A DNA stretch of 50,730 nucleotides from Candidatus Aenigmatarchaeota archaeon (GCA_043808015.1 JAZDFI010000014.1:1-50730), one strand, 5' to 3'; numbered from the stretch's first letter, positions 38,829 through 47,077 are shown. Numbers and translations are program-made. Notes: generated by a model from the letters alone, not told the origin.

Positions 38829-39992
38829 ATGAAAACCGAGAAAACCAGACCTTTCGCTATGGTTTATCTTCTGCTGGCATGCATACTGGGCGGCATAATC
38901 GGTTCAGCTGTAACTCTTTCAATCTTGTCGCCGCAAGTTTTCTCAGGTACGCTATCTAACACACAGCAAGCCGCTGGCGGCGTGACCCAGACCATTTACT
39001 CCGGGCAGACTGTCCAGATGGAAGACAGGATAACCGGATTATTCGAAGACAACAAGGAGTCGGTCGTTTTCATCAACTCCGTGATATACACGCAGACCAT
39101 ATTCGGCGTCGCCCAGTCCGAGGCGTCGGGCTCCGGCTTCATCGTCTCCGACGACGGATATATCGTAACGAATGACCACGTGGTCGCCGACGCGACGAAC
39201 ATAACGGTCACGCTAGCGACGGGCGAGGAGTTCGATGCGACGCTGAGAGGCGCGGATCCGCTCAACGATGTTGCAGTCATAAAGATAAATCCAAGCAATA
39301 CCCTCAGGCCGGTCGTGATAGGCGATTCCGACAATGTTAGGGCCGGCGAATTCGTCGTCGCGATAGGCAGTCCGTTCAGACTGCAGAACACGATTACGCT
39401 TGGCATCGTTTCCGCCCTGAACAGGACTCTCGAATCCGAAGGCGGGTTTGTGATAGAAAAGGTCATACAGACCGACGCCGCCGTCAATCCCGGCAACTCA
39501 GGAGGGCCGCTGCTCAGCCTGGAGGGCAAAGTCATAGGCATAAACACCGCGATAATCTCGCAGTCCGGCGGCTCCGAAGGCATAGGATTCTCGATACCGA
39601 TAAACACCGTGAATAAGATATACACTGAGATAATAGAAAGCGGCAAGGTCAAGAGGCCATGGCTCGGCATAACCGGATCTGACGTGACGAGCGAGATGGT
39701 CAGGGTGTGGGACCTGAAAGTTGATTACGGCGTCGTCATAGTCGACTTCGCCGACAACAGCCCGGCCAAGAAAGCGGGACTCGTGGAAACCATGTCGAGG
39801 CCGGGAAAGCCTGACTTCGTCCTCGGTGACATCATCGTCGCGATAGGCGGACAGAAAATAGAGGACAACGGCGGCCTCCTTAACGTCCTGCTGAAATACA
39901 AGCCAGGCGATACAGTCGAAGTTGATGTTTACAGGGACGGGGAGTACGTGAAAGCGAACGTCGTACTTGGCGAACGACCAGAAGGACTTTAA
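38829..39992 (+). CDS. HtrA/DegP-family serine protease with PDZ domain
   Basis: N-terminal TM, GSGFI, TNDHVV, DVAVIK, QTDAAVNPGNSGGPL, C-terminal PDZ. Confidence 0.95.
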   Translation: MKTEKTRPFAMVYLLLACILGGIIGSAVTLSILSPQVFSGTLSNTQQAAGGVTQTIYSGQTVQMEDRITGLFEDNKESVVFINSVIYTQTIFGVAQSEASGSGFIVSDDGYIVTNDHVVADATNITVTLATGEEFDATLRGADPLNDVAVIKINPSNTLRPVVIGDSDNVRAGEFVVAIGSPFRLQNTITLGIVSALNRTLESEGGFVIEKVIQTDAAVNPGNSGGPLLSLEGKVIGINTAIISQSGGSEGIGFSIPINTVNKIYTEIIESGKVKRPWLGITGSDVTSEMVRVWDLKVDYGVVIVDFADNSPAKKAGLVETMSRPGKPDFVLGDIIVAIGGQKIEDNGGLLNVLLKYKPGDTVEVDVYRDGEYVKANVVLGERPEGL

Positions 39993-40018
39993 GCGTTTTC
40001 TGATGTACAATTCGCGAT

Positions 40019-40441
40019 TCACAAATCCAAAAACATGAGACCGGTTTCCGCATCTTTTTTCCTATGAAGCTTGGCTTTCAGCGGGATGAAAATTATCTCG
40101 CACATCGGCGAAACGTCCGCTTCGTTGAGATGCCCGCCGAAAGCGCGGAATTCCGAATCGCTAAGGACTATGTGCGCGTGTATCTTTAATTTTTCTGCTG
40201 CGATTGAAACGTTGCCTTTCAGGCTGACGACTTCGTATGGCGGCTTGTCAAAGACGCGCGCGTGGTATTTTTTGTCGCGCATGTCGTAATAAGCGACTTC
40301 CGCTTTCGCGACGCCGCCGATGCCGGAAAGCGAGCCGGCTTTTATTTTTTCTTTCGTGCAGAAACGAAGCAGCGAATCGATTATCCTGTCGCCTTTCTCG
40401 AGCAGGATGACGTACGCATCCCCTGATTTCTTGTATTTCAT
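40019..40441 (-). CDS. DUF296/PPC domain protein
   Basis: SGIGG, EVVSLKGN, HAHIVLS, GGHL. Confidence 0.92.
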   Translation of the reverse strand: MKYKKSGDAYVILLEKGDRIIDSLLRFCTKEKIKAGSLSGIGGVAKAEVAYYDMRDKKYHARVFDKPPYEVVSLKGNVSIAAEKLKIHAHIVLSDSEFRAFGGHLNEADVSPMCEIIFIPLKAKLHRKKDAETGLMFLDL

Positions 40442-40498
40442 ACTGCCTCTTGGATGTCAGGAGCGAGCGAAGCGAGTGACGTTGACTCCTTTTTCGAT

Positions 40499-40521
40499 TA
40501 AGCCTTTTTGAAAAAGGCTTA
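40499..40521. repeat. perfect 11-bp inverted repeat just downstream of the tRNA (possible terminator)
   Basis: TAAGCCTTTTT-G-AAAAAGGCTTA. Confidence 0.75.
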
Positions 40522-40523
40522 TA

Positions 40524-40656
40524 TGAGCCCGGAGGGATTCGAACCCCCAACCTCTCGGTCCGAAGCTTCGCCGGTCTGAAAAGACCTCGAGCGCTCTATT
40601 ACAGACCGAAACAGACGCTTCCGTTTCTTATTTGTTTCCGGTTGAGCTACGAGCCC
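40524..40656 (-). tRNA. tRNA-Arg(UCG) with two non-canonical introns (D-loop ~40636-40599, 38 nt; anticodon stem 30/31, 40587-40567, 21 nt)
   Basis: Removing both inserts gives GGGCTCG TA GCTC AACCGGATA GAGC G CTCGG CT TCG GA CCGAG AGGTT GGGGG TTCGAAT CCCTC CGGGCTC A, a complete cloverleaf; intron 2 forms a strict bulge-helix-bulge. Confidence 0.92.
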
Positions 40657-41392
40657 GTTGAATGTTTTCAGGGTTGATACTACCACTTATTATTTTCATT
40701 CGTTCTTTAAAAGTTGTTTTCGGCGGGCAAAATCCATATCTTTTCCAAACATCGAACCTGCTGTGCTTAATCGGATTTTTGCTTCCAATCACGTTCATCC
40801 ATTTTTCGACATTTCTACCTCTTATCCAGATTCTAAACTTTTTGCTTTCGTTTTCTGATTTAGGAGTATATTCATCCACCCAAAAACCAATGCCAGCATC
40901 TGTTATAATTTTTTTCAAATCTGTAAATAATGAATACGACGTTGTCACCAATATTATCCTCGGGTAGATATGATGTTTTCTTCTGAATAAACTGTAACTA
41001 TCGCTATATCTTCTATCGAATGTTATACAACCATCCGTATCGAAAAATCCTCGTAAAAATAATTTTTTAGGCTCCAAATTTTCACTTTTTAGTACAAATT
41101 CAGGCACTTTGACGATGTTAGTCTTCTTTCCATACGGAAAACCCAAACTGTGAATTTTTTCAACAGTTTTTAAGTCTCTTACAACAAAACCATAGGTGTT
41201 CCTATGTGGAAAATATCTTCCTTCTATTTTCACGCCAAAAACTTTAGAGAAGAGTGGAGTGACGTGTTTATCGTAGTAGATTTTTTCTTCAGTTGAACCG
41301 CTTATATCCAATTCTATGCGTCTTCCGTCATTTCTAAGATAACCGTCGCCCGCATGTATTCCGCAGATTTCCGATAGTTCATTTTCTAGCAT
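40628..41392 (-). CDS. free-standing two-motif LAGLIDADG (DOD-type) homing endonuclease
   Basis: Motif 1 LSEICGIHAGDGYL, motif 2 LFLRGFFDTDGCI; AT-rich relative to flanks; no intein splice motifs or host-protein flanks; likely start ATG 41392. Confidence 0.88.
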   Translation of the reverse strand: MLENELSEICGIHAGDGYLRNDGRRIELDISGSTEEKIYYDKHVTPLFSKVFGVKIEGRYFPHRNTYGFVVRDLKTVEKIHSLGFPYGKKTNIVKVPEFVLKSENLEPKKLFLRGFFDTDGCITFDRRYSDSYSLFRRKHHIYPRIILVTTSYSLFTDLKKIITDAGIGFWVDEYTPKSENESKKFRIWIRGRNVEKWMNVIGSKNPIKHSRFDVWKRYGFCPPKTTFKERMKIISGSINPENIQRARSSTGNK

Positions 41393-41427
41393 AGCCGAGT
41401 TCCAAAAATTATGCAAAGGCACCTAAT

Positions 41428-41967
41428 TTACTTGTATACCAGTTCGCTTCTGACCTTTTCTGCCTGGCTGCTGCCCAGAAGCATCTTGACTATTTCAAGC
41501 GCGAAGTCTATCGACGTGCCGGGGCCCTGTGACGTTATTATGTGGCCGTCCGTGACGACGTTTGCCGGCCTCGGGCGGGGGACGTCCCTCTCCATGCCCG
41601 GGTATATGGTCGCCCTTCTTTCGTCAAGGATGCCCAGCTTGGCGAGAATCGACGGCGAAGCGCATATGGCGGCTATCATTTTCTTCGACTTGTCCAGATC
41701 GTTGATTATCTCAATGATCTTCTTCGACTTGCCCAGGTTTATGTAGCCCGGGTTGCCGCCTGGAAGAACGATGCCGTCGAGGCTCTTTTGGTCGATCTCA
41801 TCGACTCTTTTGTCGGTGACGACCTTCACTCCGGAGCGTCCCTTCACAATCGTTCCCGGCAGACCAGCGACGATGACGTCGATGCCTGCCCTTTTGAGAA
41901 CGTCGATGGCGGCCATGGCCTCAAGCTCTTCGAAACCCTCGGCCAGCGGAACAAGAACCCTTTTCAT
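41428..41967 (-). CDS. DJ-1/PfpI (YajL/ThiJ-like) protein
   Basis: GFEELE, LPGG, AAICASP, TSQGPGT. Confidence 0.95.
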   Translation of the reverse strand: MKRVLVPLAEGFEELEAMAAIDVLKRAGIDVIVAGLPGTIVKGRSGVKVVTDKRVDEIDQKSLDGIVLPGGNPGYINLGKSKKIIEIINDLDKSKKMIAAICASPSILAKLGILDERRATIYPGMERDVPRPRPANVVTDGHIITSQGPGTSIDFALEIVKMLLGSSQAEKVRSELVYK

Positions 41968-42148
41968 AACATAACACCCCTTTCGCGACCCATATGCCGA
42001 TTTTGACGAATTGCGATAGACACCGGCTTATATAATTAAAAGGTCCCGGAGCTTTATAAACAAACTATTTATATATAGAAGTTAAAATAATTGAATAATC
42101 CGAAATGCGCAAATTGCGTTTAATCATATTTAATCGAGGAGGTTTGAA

Positions 42149-42853
42149 ATGCAACCTACACCGCCTAATTACATGGCATATGACAGGACGATTGTCGTCT
42201 ATTCACCAGACGGAAGGCTCTTGCAGGTAGAATACGCAAGGCAGGCCGTTAAGCGTGGAAGCACGGCAGCAGGTTTGGTCGTGAGCAACGGCGTGTTACT
42301 TGGAGCTACGAAATCGTCAGCTCCACTGAGCGTCAGCGATTCGTACAAGAAGATTTTCGCAATCGACGATCACATAGGCATAGTCGGTTCAGGGATACTG
42401 GCGGACGCAAGATACCTTGTGGAGATAGCGAGGGTCAAGTCGCAGATAAACAAGATTACATACGGCGAACCTGTTTCAGTCCAGACTGTTGCCAAGTCCC
42501 TGGCGAATCACAAGCACATGGCGACGCAATACGCGGGTTTGAGACCGTTCGGTATAGGCCTGCTCGTTGGCGGAGTCGACAGCACAGGCGCCAACTTGTA
42601 TGAAACTGACCCGTCCGGCACCATGCTGCAGTGGAAAGCCCAGGCAATAGGCAGAGGCTCCGACAAGGCGAAAAAAGTCCTCAATTCCGGCTACAAGAAA
42701 GGCATGTCCGTGAAAGAAGGGCTTAAGCTTCTTGTGAAGGCGCTGAAAGCGGGCGAGAAAAGCTTGCCGAAAGAAGGCATCGAAATCGCTGTGATAACAG
42801 AAAGCGGCATGAAAAAGATTTCTCCGGGCGAGTTCGACAAGCAGGAAGAGTAA
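42149..42853 (+). CDS. psmA: proteasome subunit alpha
   Basis: YDRTIVVYSPDGRLLQVEYA, RPFGIGLL, LYETDPSG. Confidence 0.97.
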   Translation: MQPTPPNYMAYDRTIVVYSPDGRLLQVEYARQAVKRGSTAAGLVVSNGVLLGATKSSAPLSVSDSYKKIFAIDDHIGIVGSGILADARYLVEIARVKSQINKITYGEPVSVQTVAKSLANHKHMATQYAGLRPFGIGLLVGGVDSTGANLYETDPSGTMLQWKAQAIGRGSDKAKKVLNSGYKKGMSVKEGLKLLVKALKAGEKSLPKEGIEIAVITESGMKKISPGEFDKQEE

Positions 42854-42891
42854 GTGCCAGTGTACAGGCGGAAGTTGCAGAAAGTGGTTCT

Positions 42892-43596
42892 ATGGTTTCT
42901 GTTGAAGACGCAGTCATAGCTCGGATTACGAAGGCCGGCATGAATTTCGAGATTCTCGTCGACCCGGACAAAGCGCTGGAATTCCGCCGCGGCAAGGAAA
43001 TCGCCATAACCGACATGCTTGCCGTAGCCGATATTTACAAGGACTCGAAAAAGGGCGACCGGCATTCTGCCGAAGAGCTGCAAAAGGCCTTCGGAAAAGC
43101 GAGCATCTGGGACATCGCGGCGACGATACTCAAAGAGGGCCATATCCAGCTCACCACAGAGCAGCGCAGCAGAATGGTCGATGAGAAGAAAAAAGAAATC
43201 GCCAGCTACATAGCCAAACAGGGCATGGACCCGCGCACCAAGATGCCGCACCCGCTCACCCGCATCATGAACGCGATCGCCGAGGCGCGCGTCATAATAG
43301 ACCCGTTCAAGCCGGCGAAAGACCAGGTAAAGGCGGTTCTCGACAAGCTGCAGGAAATCCTGCCTATTTCGCTGGAGAGGATAGAGGTGGCGATACGCGT
43401 GCCCATCGAGTTCGCTGGTAAAGCCAATTCGATAGTCCGCGAGATAACCGACGTCAAGAACGAGGAATGGACTAATGTTGCATGGATTGCATTGATAGAA
43501 ATACCCGCAGGGATGCAGAGCGACATATACGACAAGCTGAACAAGCTCACGTCCGGCAGGGTTGAAGTCAAAATAGTTAAGGAGCACAAGATATAG
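42892..43596 (+). CDS. ribosome maturation factor SBDS/Sdo1
   Basis: FEILVDP, IQLTTEQR, DPRTKMPHP; conserved position after psmA. Confidence 0.96.
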   Translation: MVSVEDAVIARITKAGMNFEILVDPDKALEFRRGKEIAITDMLAVADIYKDSKKGDRHSAEELQKAFGKASIWDIAATILKEGHIQLTTEQRSRMVDEKKKEIASYIAKQGMDPRTKMPHPLTRIMNAIAEARVIIDPFKPAKDQVKAVLDKLQEILPISLERIEVAIRVPIEFAGKANSIVREITDVKNEEWTNVAWIALIEIPAGMQSDIYDKLNKLTSGRVEVKIVKEHKI

Positions 43597-43607
43597 GTGA
43601 TTTGAAT

Positions 43608-44495
43608 ATGGAAACTGAAAAGATAGAAATGGATGAAAGCATACGCAAAGAACTTGAAGAAGACGTTATGGAAGAGATAAAGGCGATACAGGAAAAGGAG
43701 AATAACGGTTTTGACGAGAGTGATGAGCCGGCTTTCGAGAAGCAAGAAAGTCCGCACGCCGCGCCCTCGCATGTGCACGAGCAAATGCACCTGGCGCATG
43801 AAAGAGTTGAAGAGCGAAGGGAAGAATCGGTTAGACGGGGCAAGAACGTCGTCCTTCCTGGCGACAGGATCGTCGAATCGATGGAATACCTTCCGGGCAG
43901 GAACTGCTACCGCGACGGCAACTCGATATATTCGAAGCGCTTAGGCGTCGTGTACTATCGCGGTCACGTGATAGATGTCGTCCCGCTTTCCGGCAAATAC
44001 ATGCCCGAGGCAGACGATATGGTCATCGGCAAAGTGAGCGAAGTCCAGTACTCAGGATGGACCATCGACGTTAATTCGCCTTACAGGGCTTTTCTGCCGC
44101 TGTCCGGCGTGCGAGGCTTCATAGAGCCGTCCAGGACCGACATCTCGAAAATCTACGGGGTCGGCGACCTGATATACGCAAGAATCTCTGAAGTCACGCC
44201 TCTTAAGGACATCCGCATATCGATGAAAGACCCGAGCACCAGGAAATTCGAGAACGGCAGGATAATAAGGATTTCGCCTGTGAAGGTCCCCCGAGTCATC
44301 GGCAAACAGGGCTCGATGATAAACCTGATAAAGGACAAGACGGGCTGCAGGATTTCCGTGGGCCAGAACGGAGTGATATGGATCCAGGGAGAAAAAGAGC
44401 AGCTTGCCGCCAGGGCTATACAGGAGATTGAGGAAAAGTCCCAGATACAGGGTCTGACCGACCACATCGGGAAGCTCCTCTCTCAGGGCATTTAG
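43608..44495 (+). CDS. rrp4: exosome RNA-binding subunit Rrp4 (with acidic N-terminal extension)
   Basis: VLPGD, S1 domain (VIGKV..WTIDVNSPY), KH domain (PVKVPRVIGKQGSMI, VGQNG). Confidence 0.95.
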   Translation: METEKIEMDESIRKELEEDVMEEIKAIQEKENNGFDESDEPAFEKQESPHAAPSHVHEQMHLAHERVEERREESVRRGKNVVLPGDRIVESMEYLPGRNCYRDGNSIYSKRLGVVYYRGHVIDVVPLSGKYMPEADDMVIGKVSEVQYSGWTIDVNSPYRAFLPLSGVRGFIEPSRTDISKIYGVGDLIYARISEVTPLKDIRISMKDPSTRKFENGRIIRISPVKVPRVIGKQGSMINLIKDKTGCRISVGQNGVIWIQGEKEQLAARAIQEIEEKSQIQGLTDHIGKLLSQGI

Positions 44496-44507
44496 GAGGA
44501 GATGATT

Positions 44508-45209
44508 ATGACAACATACAAAAGAAACGACGGCAGGAAGCTTGACGAGACCAGACCGGTAAAAATGAAAGTCGGCGTGCTGAAACACGCGGACGGCTCG
44601 GCGCTCGTCAGCATAGGCAGGACAGTCGCTCTTGCAGCGGTATACGGGCCCAGGGAGCTGAACCCGCGCCACATGCAGGAGTCCGATCGCGCGATACTCC
44701 AGTGCAACTACACGATGGCGCCTTTCTCGACCAAAGAACGCGTGAGGCCAGGGCCTTCGAGACGCAGCACGGAAATTTCCAAGGTCACGCGAGAGGCGTT
44801 AGAACCCGCGCTGTTCCTGAAGGACTTCCCGAAAACGACCATCGATTTGTACATCGTGATACTGCAGGCCAACGCAGGCACGAGGACGGCAGGCATAAAT
44901 GCAGCCAGCCTTGCGCTCGCAGACGCCGGCATCCAGATGCGCGACCTTGTCACGTCGATAGCGGCGGGCAAGATAGAAGGGCATTACGTTATCGACCTGA
45001 ACGGCGAAGAAGAGGAGCTGACGGACTGCGACCTTCCCATCGCATACATGCCGCGCGAAAAGAAATTCACTTTAATCCAGATGGACGGCAAGATAACGAA
45101 GGAAGACATGAAGAACGTCATAAAGCTCGCGGTAAAAGGCTGCGAGACGCTTTACGAACACCAGCGCAAGGCGCTGCTGGAGAAATGGTCAAAGGAGGGA
45201 TTTGAATGA
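44508..45209 (+). CDS. rrp41: exosome exonuclease Rrp41
   Basis: RNDGR, ADGSA, VYGPRE, MAPFSTKER, RRSTEISK, GTRTAGINAASLALADAG, QMDG. Confidence 0.96.
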   Translation: MTTYKRNDGRKLDETRPVKMKVGVLKHADGSALVSIGRTVALAAVYGPRELNPRHMQESDRAILQCNYTMAPFSTKERVRPGPSRRSTEISKVTREALEPALFLKDFPKTTIDLYIVILQANAGTRTAGINAASLALADAGIQMRDLVTSIAAGKIEGHYVIDLNGEEEELTDCDLPIAYMPREKKFTLIQMDGKITKEDMKNVIKLAVKGCETLYEHQRKALLEKWSKEGFE

Positions 45210-45988
45210 ACATACAGACGAGCTACATAATTTCCCATCTCAGCAAGGGCATGAGGCTCGACGGCCGCAAGCCCGATGAGCAGAGGAAAATCGAGATAGA
45301 GATAGGCCCGATAGAGCAGGCCGAAGGCTCGGCCCGCGTGAAATTAGGCGGGACTGAAGTCATAGCCGGAGTGAAGCTGGAAGTTAAGGAGCCGTTCTCC
45401 GACACGCCCAACGAGGGCGTGTTAATGGTGAACACGGAACTGTCACCGGTCGCTTCGCCGGAATTCGAGCTCGGCCCGCCGAGAGAAACGGCGATAGAAA
45501 TGGCCCGCATAGTCGATAGAGGCATACGCGAGTCGCACTGCATAAACACCGAGAAGCTATGCATAAAGGTGGGCGAGAAAGTCTGGATGGTCATGGTGGA
45601 CATACAGCCGCTCAGCCACGAAGGCAATCTCATCGACGCGTCAGGCATCGCTGCAATCGCGGCGCTCATGACTGCGAAGATGGTCAAATACGACGAGGCT
45701 GGGGACAAAGTCATCTACGAGAAGACGGGCGAAAGCGTTCCTCTCGACGACATTCCAGTCCCGGTCACGTTCGGCATAATCGACGGCAAGCTTATCGTGG
45801 ACCCGACCCTCGAAGAAGAGGAGTCCATGGACGGCAGGCTCACGATAACGACGAACGAAGCCGGCGATGTCTGCGCCATGCAGAAAGGCGGCGCGTGTTC
45901 GCTCACGTTCGAGATGATAGAGCAGGCCGCGGAGATGTCGATAAAGAAAGGCAGGGAAATACGCGAGCTGCTGAGGCAAAGCTTATAA
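45206..45988 (+). CDS. rrp42: exosome subunit Rrp42
   Basis: RLDGR, AEGSA, PFSDTPNEG, RIVDRGIRES, VDPTLEEE, AMQKGG. Confidence 0.96.
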   Translation: MNIQTSYIISHLSKGMRLDGRKPDEQRKIEIEIGPIEQAEGSARVKLGGTEVIAGVKLEVKEPFSDTPNEGVLMVNTELSPVASPEFELGPPRETAIEMARIVDRGIRESHCINTEKLCIKVGEKVWMVMVDIQPLSHEGNLIDASGIAAIAALMTAKMVKYDEAGDKVIYEKTGESVPLDDIPVPVTFGIIDGKLIVDPTLEEEESMDGRLTITTNEAGDVCAMQKGGACSLTFEMIEQAAEMSIKKGREIRELLRQSL

Positions 45989-46066
45989 GTATGCGAATAG
46001 AAACAATCAAAATCAAAAACGTTCGCATGCTTAAAAAGCATAGCTGAAAAAAACGAAAGTGATGCT

Positions 46067-46288
46067 ATGGGAAGAACAAAAAAAGTAGGTTCGACCGGAA
46101 GGTTTGGCGTCAGATACGGCAAGGGTGTAAAGAAGCGGTTTCTGAAAATAGAGACCGTGCAAAAAGCGAAGCACGTCTGCCCGCGCTGCCTCAGGACGGG
46201 CCTGAAAAGGGTTTCGTCCGGCATATGGCTGTGCGAGAGGTGCGGCCTGAAATTCGCCGGCAAGGCTTACGAGCCCGGATCGAAGTGA
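46067..46288 (+). CDS. rpl37ae: 50S ribosomal protein L37ae (eL43)
   Basis: GRFGVRYG, CPRC...GIWLCERC, FAGKAY. Confidence 0.96.
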   Translation: MGRTKKVGSTGRFGVRYGKGVKKRFLKIETVQKAKHVCPRCLRTGLKRVSSGIWLCERCGLKFAGKAYEPGSK

Positions 46289-46298
46289 GGCTGATTTT

Positions 46299-46454
46299 AT
46301 GGAAAGGAAAGATTACGGTTACAAGTGCCTTAACTGCGGCAAACCCGTCGAGATAGACCTGCAGAAGGCGAAGAAGATCATCTGCCCTTACTGCGGTTAC
46401 AGGATCCTCGAGAAGCGCAGGCCTTCGATGGGCAGAAAGGTAAAAGCGAAGTGA
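46299..46454 (+). CDS. rpoP: DNA-directed RNA polymerase subunit P (Rpo12); not in the ORF track
   Basis: Hand translation MERKDYGYKCLNCGKPVEIDLQKAKKIICPYCGYRILEKRRPSMGRKVKAK; canonical position after L37ae. Confidence 0.95.
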   Translation: MERKDYGYKCLNCGKPVEIDLQKAKKIICPYCGYRILEKRRPSMGRKVKAK

Positions 46455-46459
46455 TTTCC

Positions 46460-46816
46460 ATGGAAAAGGACCAGACTTCTCAGATTCTCGGGCAGGCGCA
46501 GCTTTACAGCCAGCAGATACAGACCGTCGCTGCCCAAAAAGCCGCGCTTACCATGGAGCTCAACGAGATAAAGAGGGCGCTGGAAGAGGTAAAGAAGGCG
46601 AAGGAGAAGTTCGTCTACAAGCTTTCCGGGCCTATTCTCATCAAAGTCGATGCACAGGAGCTGGTAAAGGACTTCGAGGAAAAGGAAACCATGGTCAACC
46701 TGCGGCTGAAGACTTTAGAGAAGCAGGAACTGAGGCTCAAGGAAAAAATCGAAGAGCTGCGAACGCGCATGATAAAGGTCACTCCTTCGAAAGATGAAGA
46801 GGAAAACGGGAGATAG
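46460..46816 (+). CDS. pfdB: prefoldin subunit beta
   Basis: Coiled coils flanking VYKLSGPILIK; position in the superoperon. Confidence 0.93.
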   Translation: MEKDQTSQILGQAQLYSQQIQTVAAQKAALTMELNEIKRALEEVKKAKEKFVYKLSGPILIKVDAQELVKDFEEKETMVNLRLKTLEKQELRLKEKIEELRTRMIKVTPSKDEEENGR

Positions 46817-47077
46817 ATGATTTCTATGGGCAAAATCGACAAGGCAATCGAACTTATCGAAGACATAATGAATGACCGCGGCGTGCCGAGGAATGTCAAG
46901 GCGTCGCTGGAAGCGTCGGTAAAGTCCATAAAGACCGAGAACGAAAGCGACGGCGTGAAGATATCGACTCTCATCAGCATACTCGACGAATCATCGAACG
47001 ACACGAACATCTCGCTTTACGCGAGGACGAAAATCTGGGACGTCGTAACGAAGCTGGAAGAGCTCAGCAAGAACTAG
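46817..47077 (+). CDS. UPF0147 family protein (start may be 46826)
   Basis: DRGVPRNV, LDESSNDTNI...RTKIW. Confidence 0.9.
   Translation: MISMGKIDKAIELIEDIMNDRGVPRNVKASLEASVKSIKTENESDGVKISTLISILDESSNDTNISLYARTKIWDVVTKLEELSKN

Noticed and set aside
40456-40490. GAGCGAGCGAAGCGAG short repeat with weak flanking complementarity
   Set aside because: Resembles REP-like motifs but is a single copy here with no convincing stem
40599-40636. Nested third intron within tRNA intron 1
   Set aside because: Removing an inner segment could restore a perfect ACCG/CGGT helix, but I could not build a BHB for such an inner intron
40628-41422. LAGLIDADG as part of an intein or encoded inside the tRNA intron
   Set aside because: No Cys/Ser start or His-Asn end and no interrupted host gene; the whole tRNA 5' exon lies at the ORF's 3' end and no tRNA fragment is seen upstream
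42149-47077. Proteasome/exosome superoperon as a novel system
   Set aside because: Well-known conserved archaeal gene cluster; only a reduced version here
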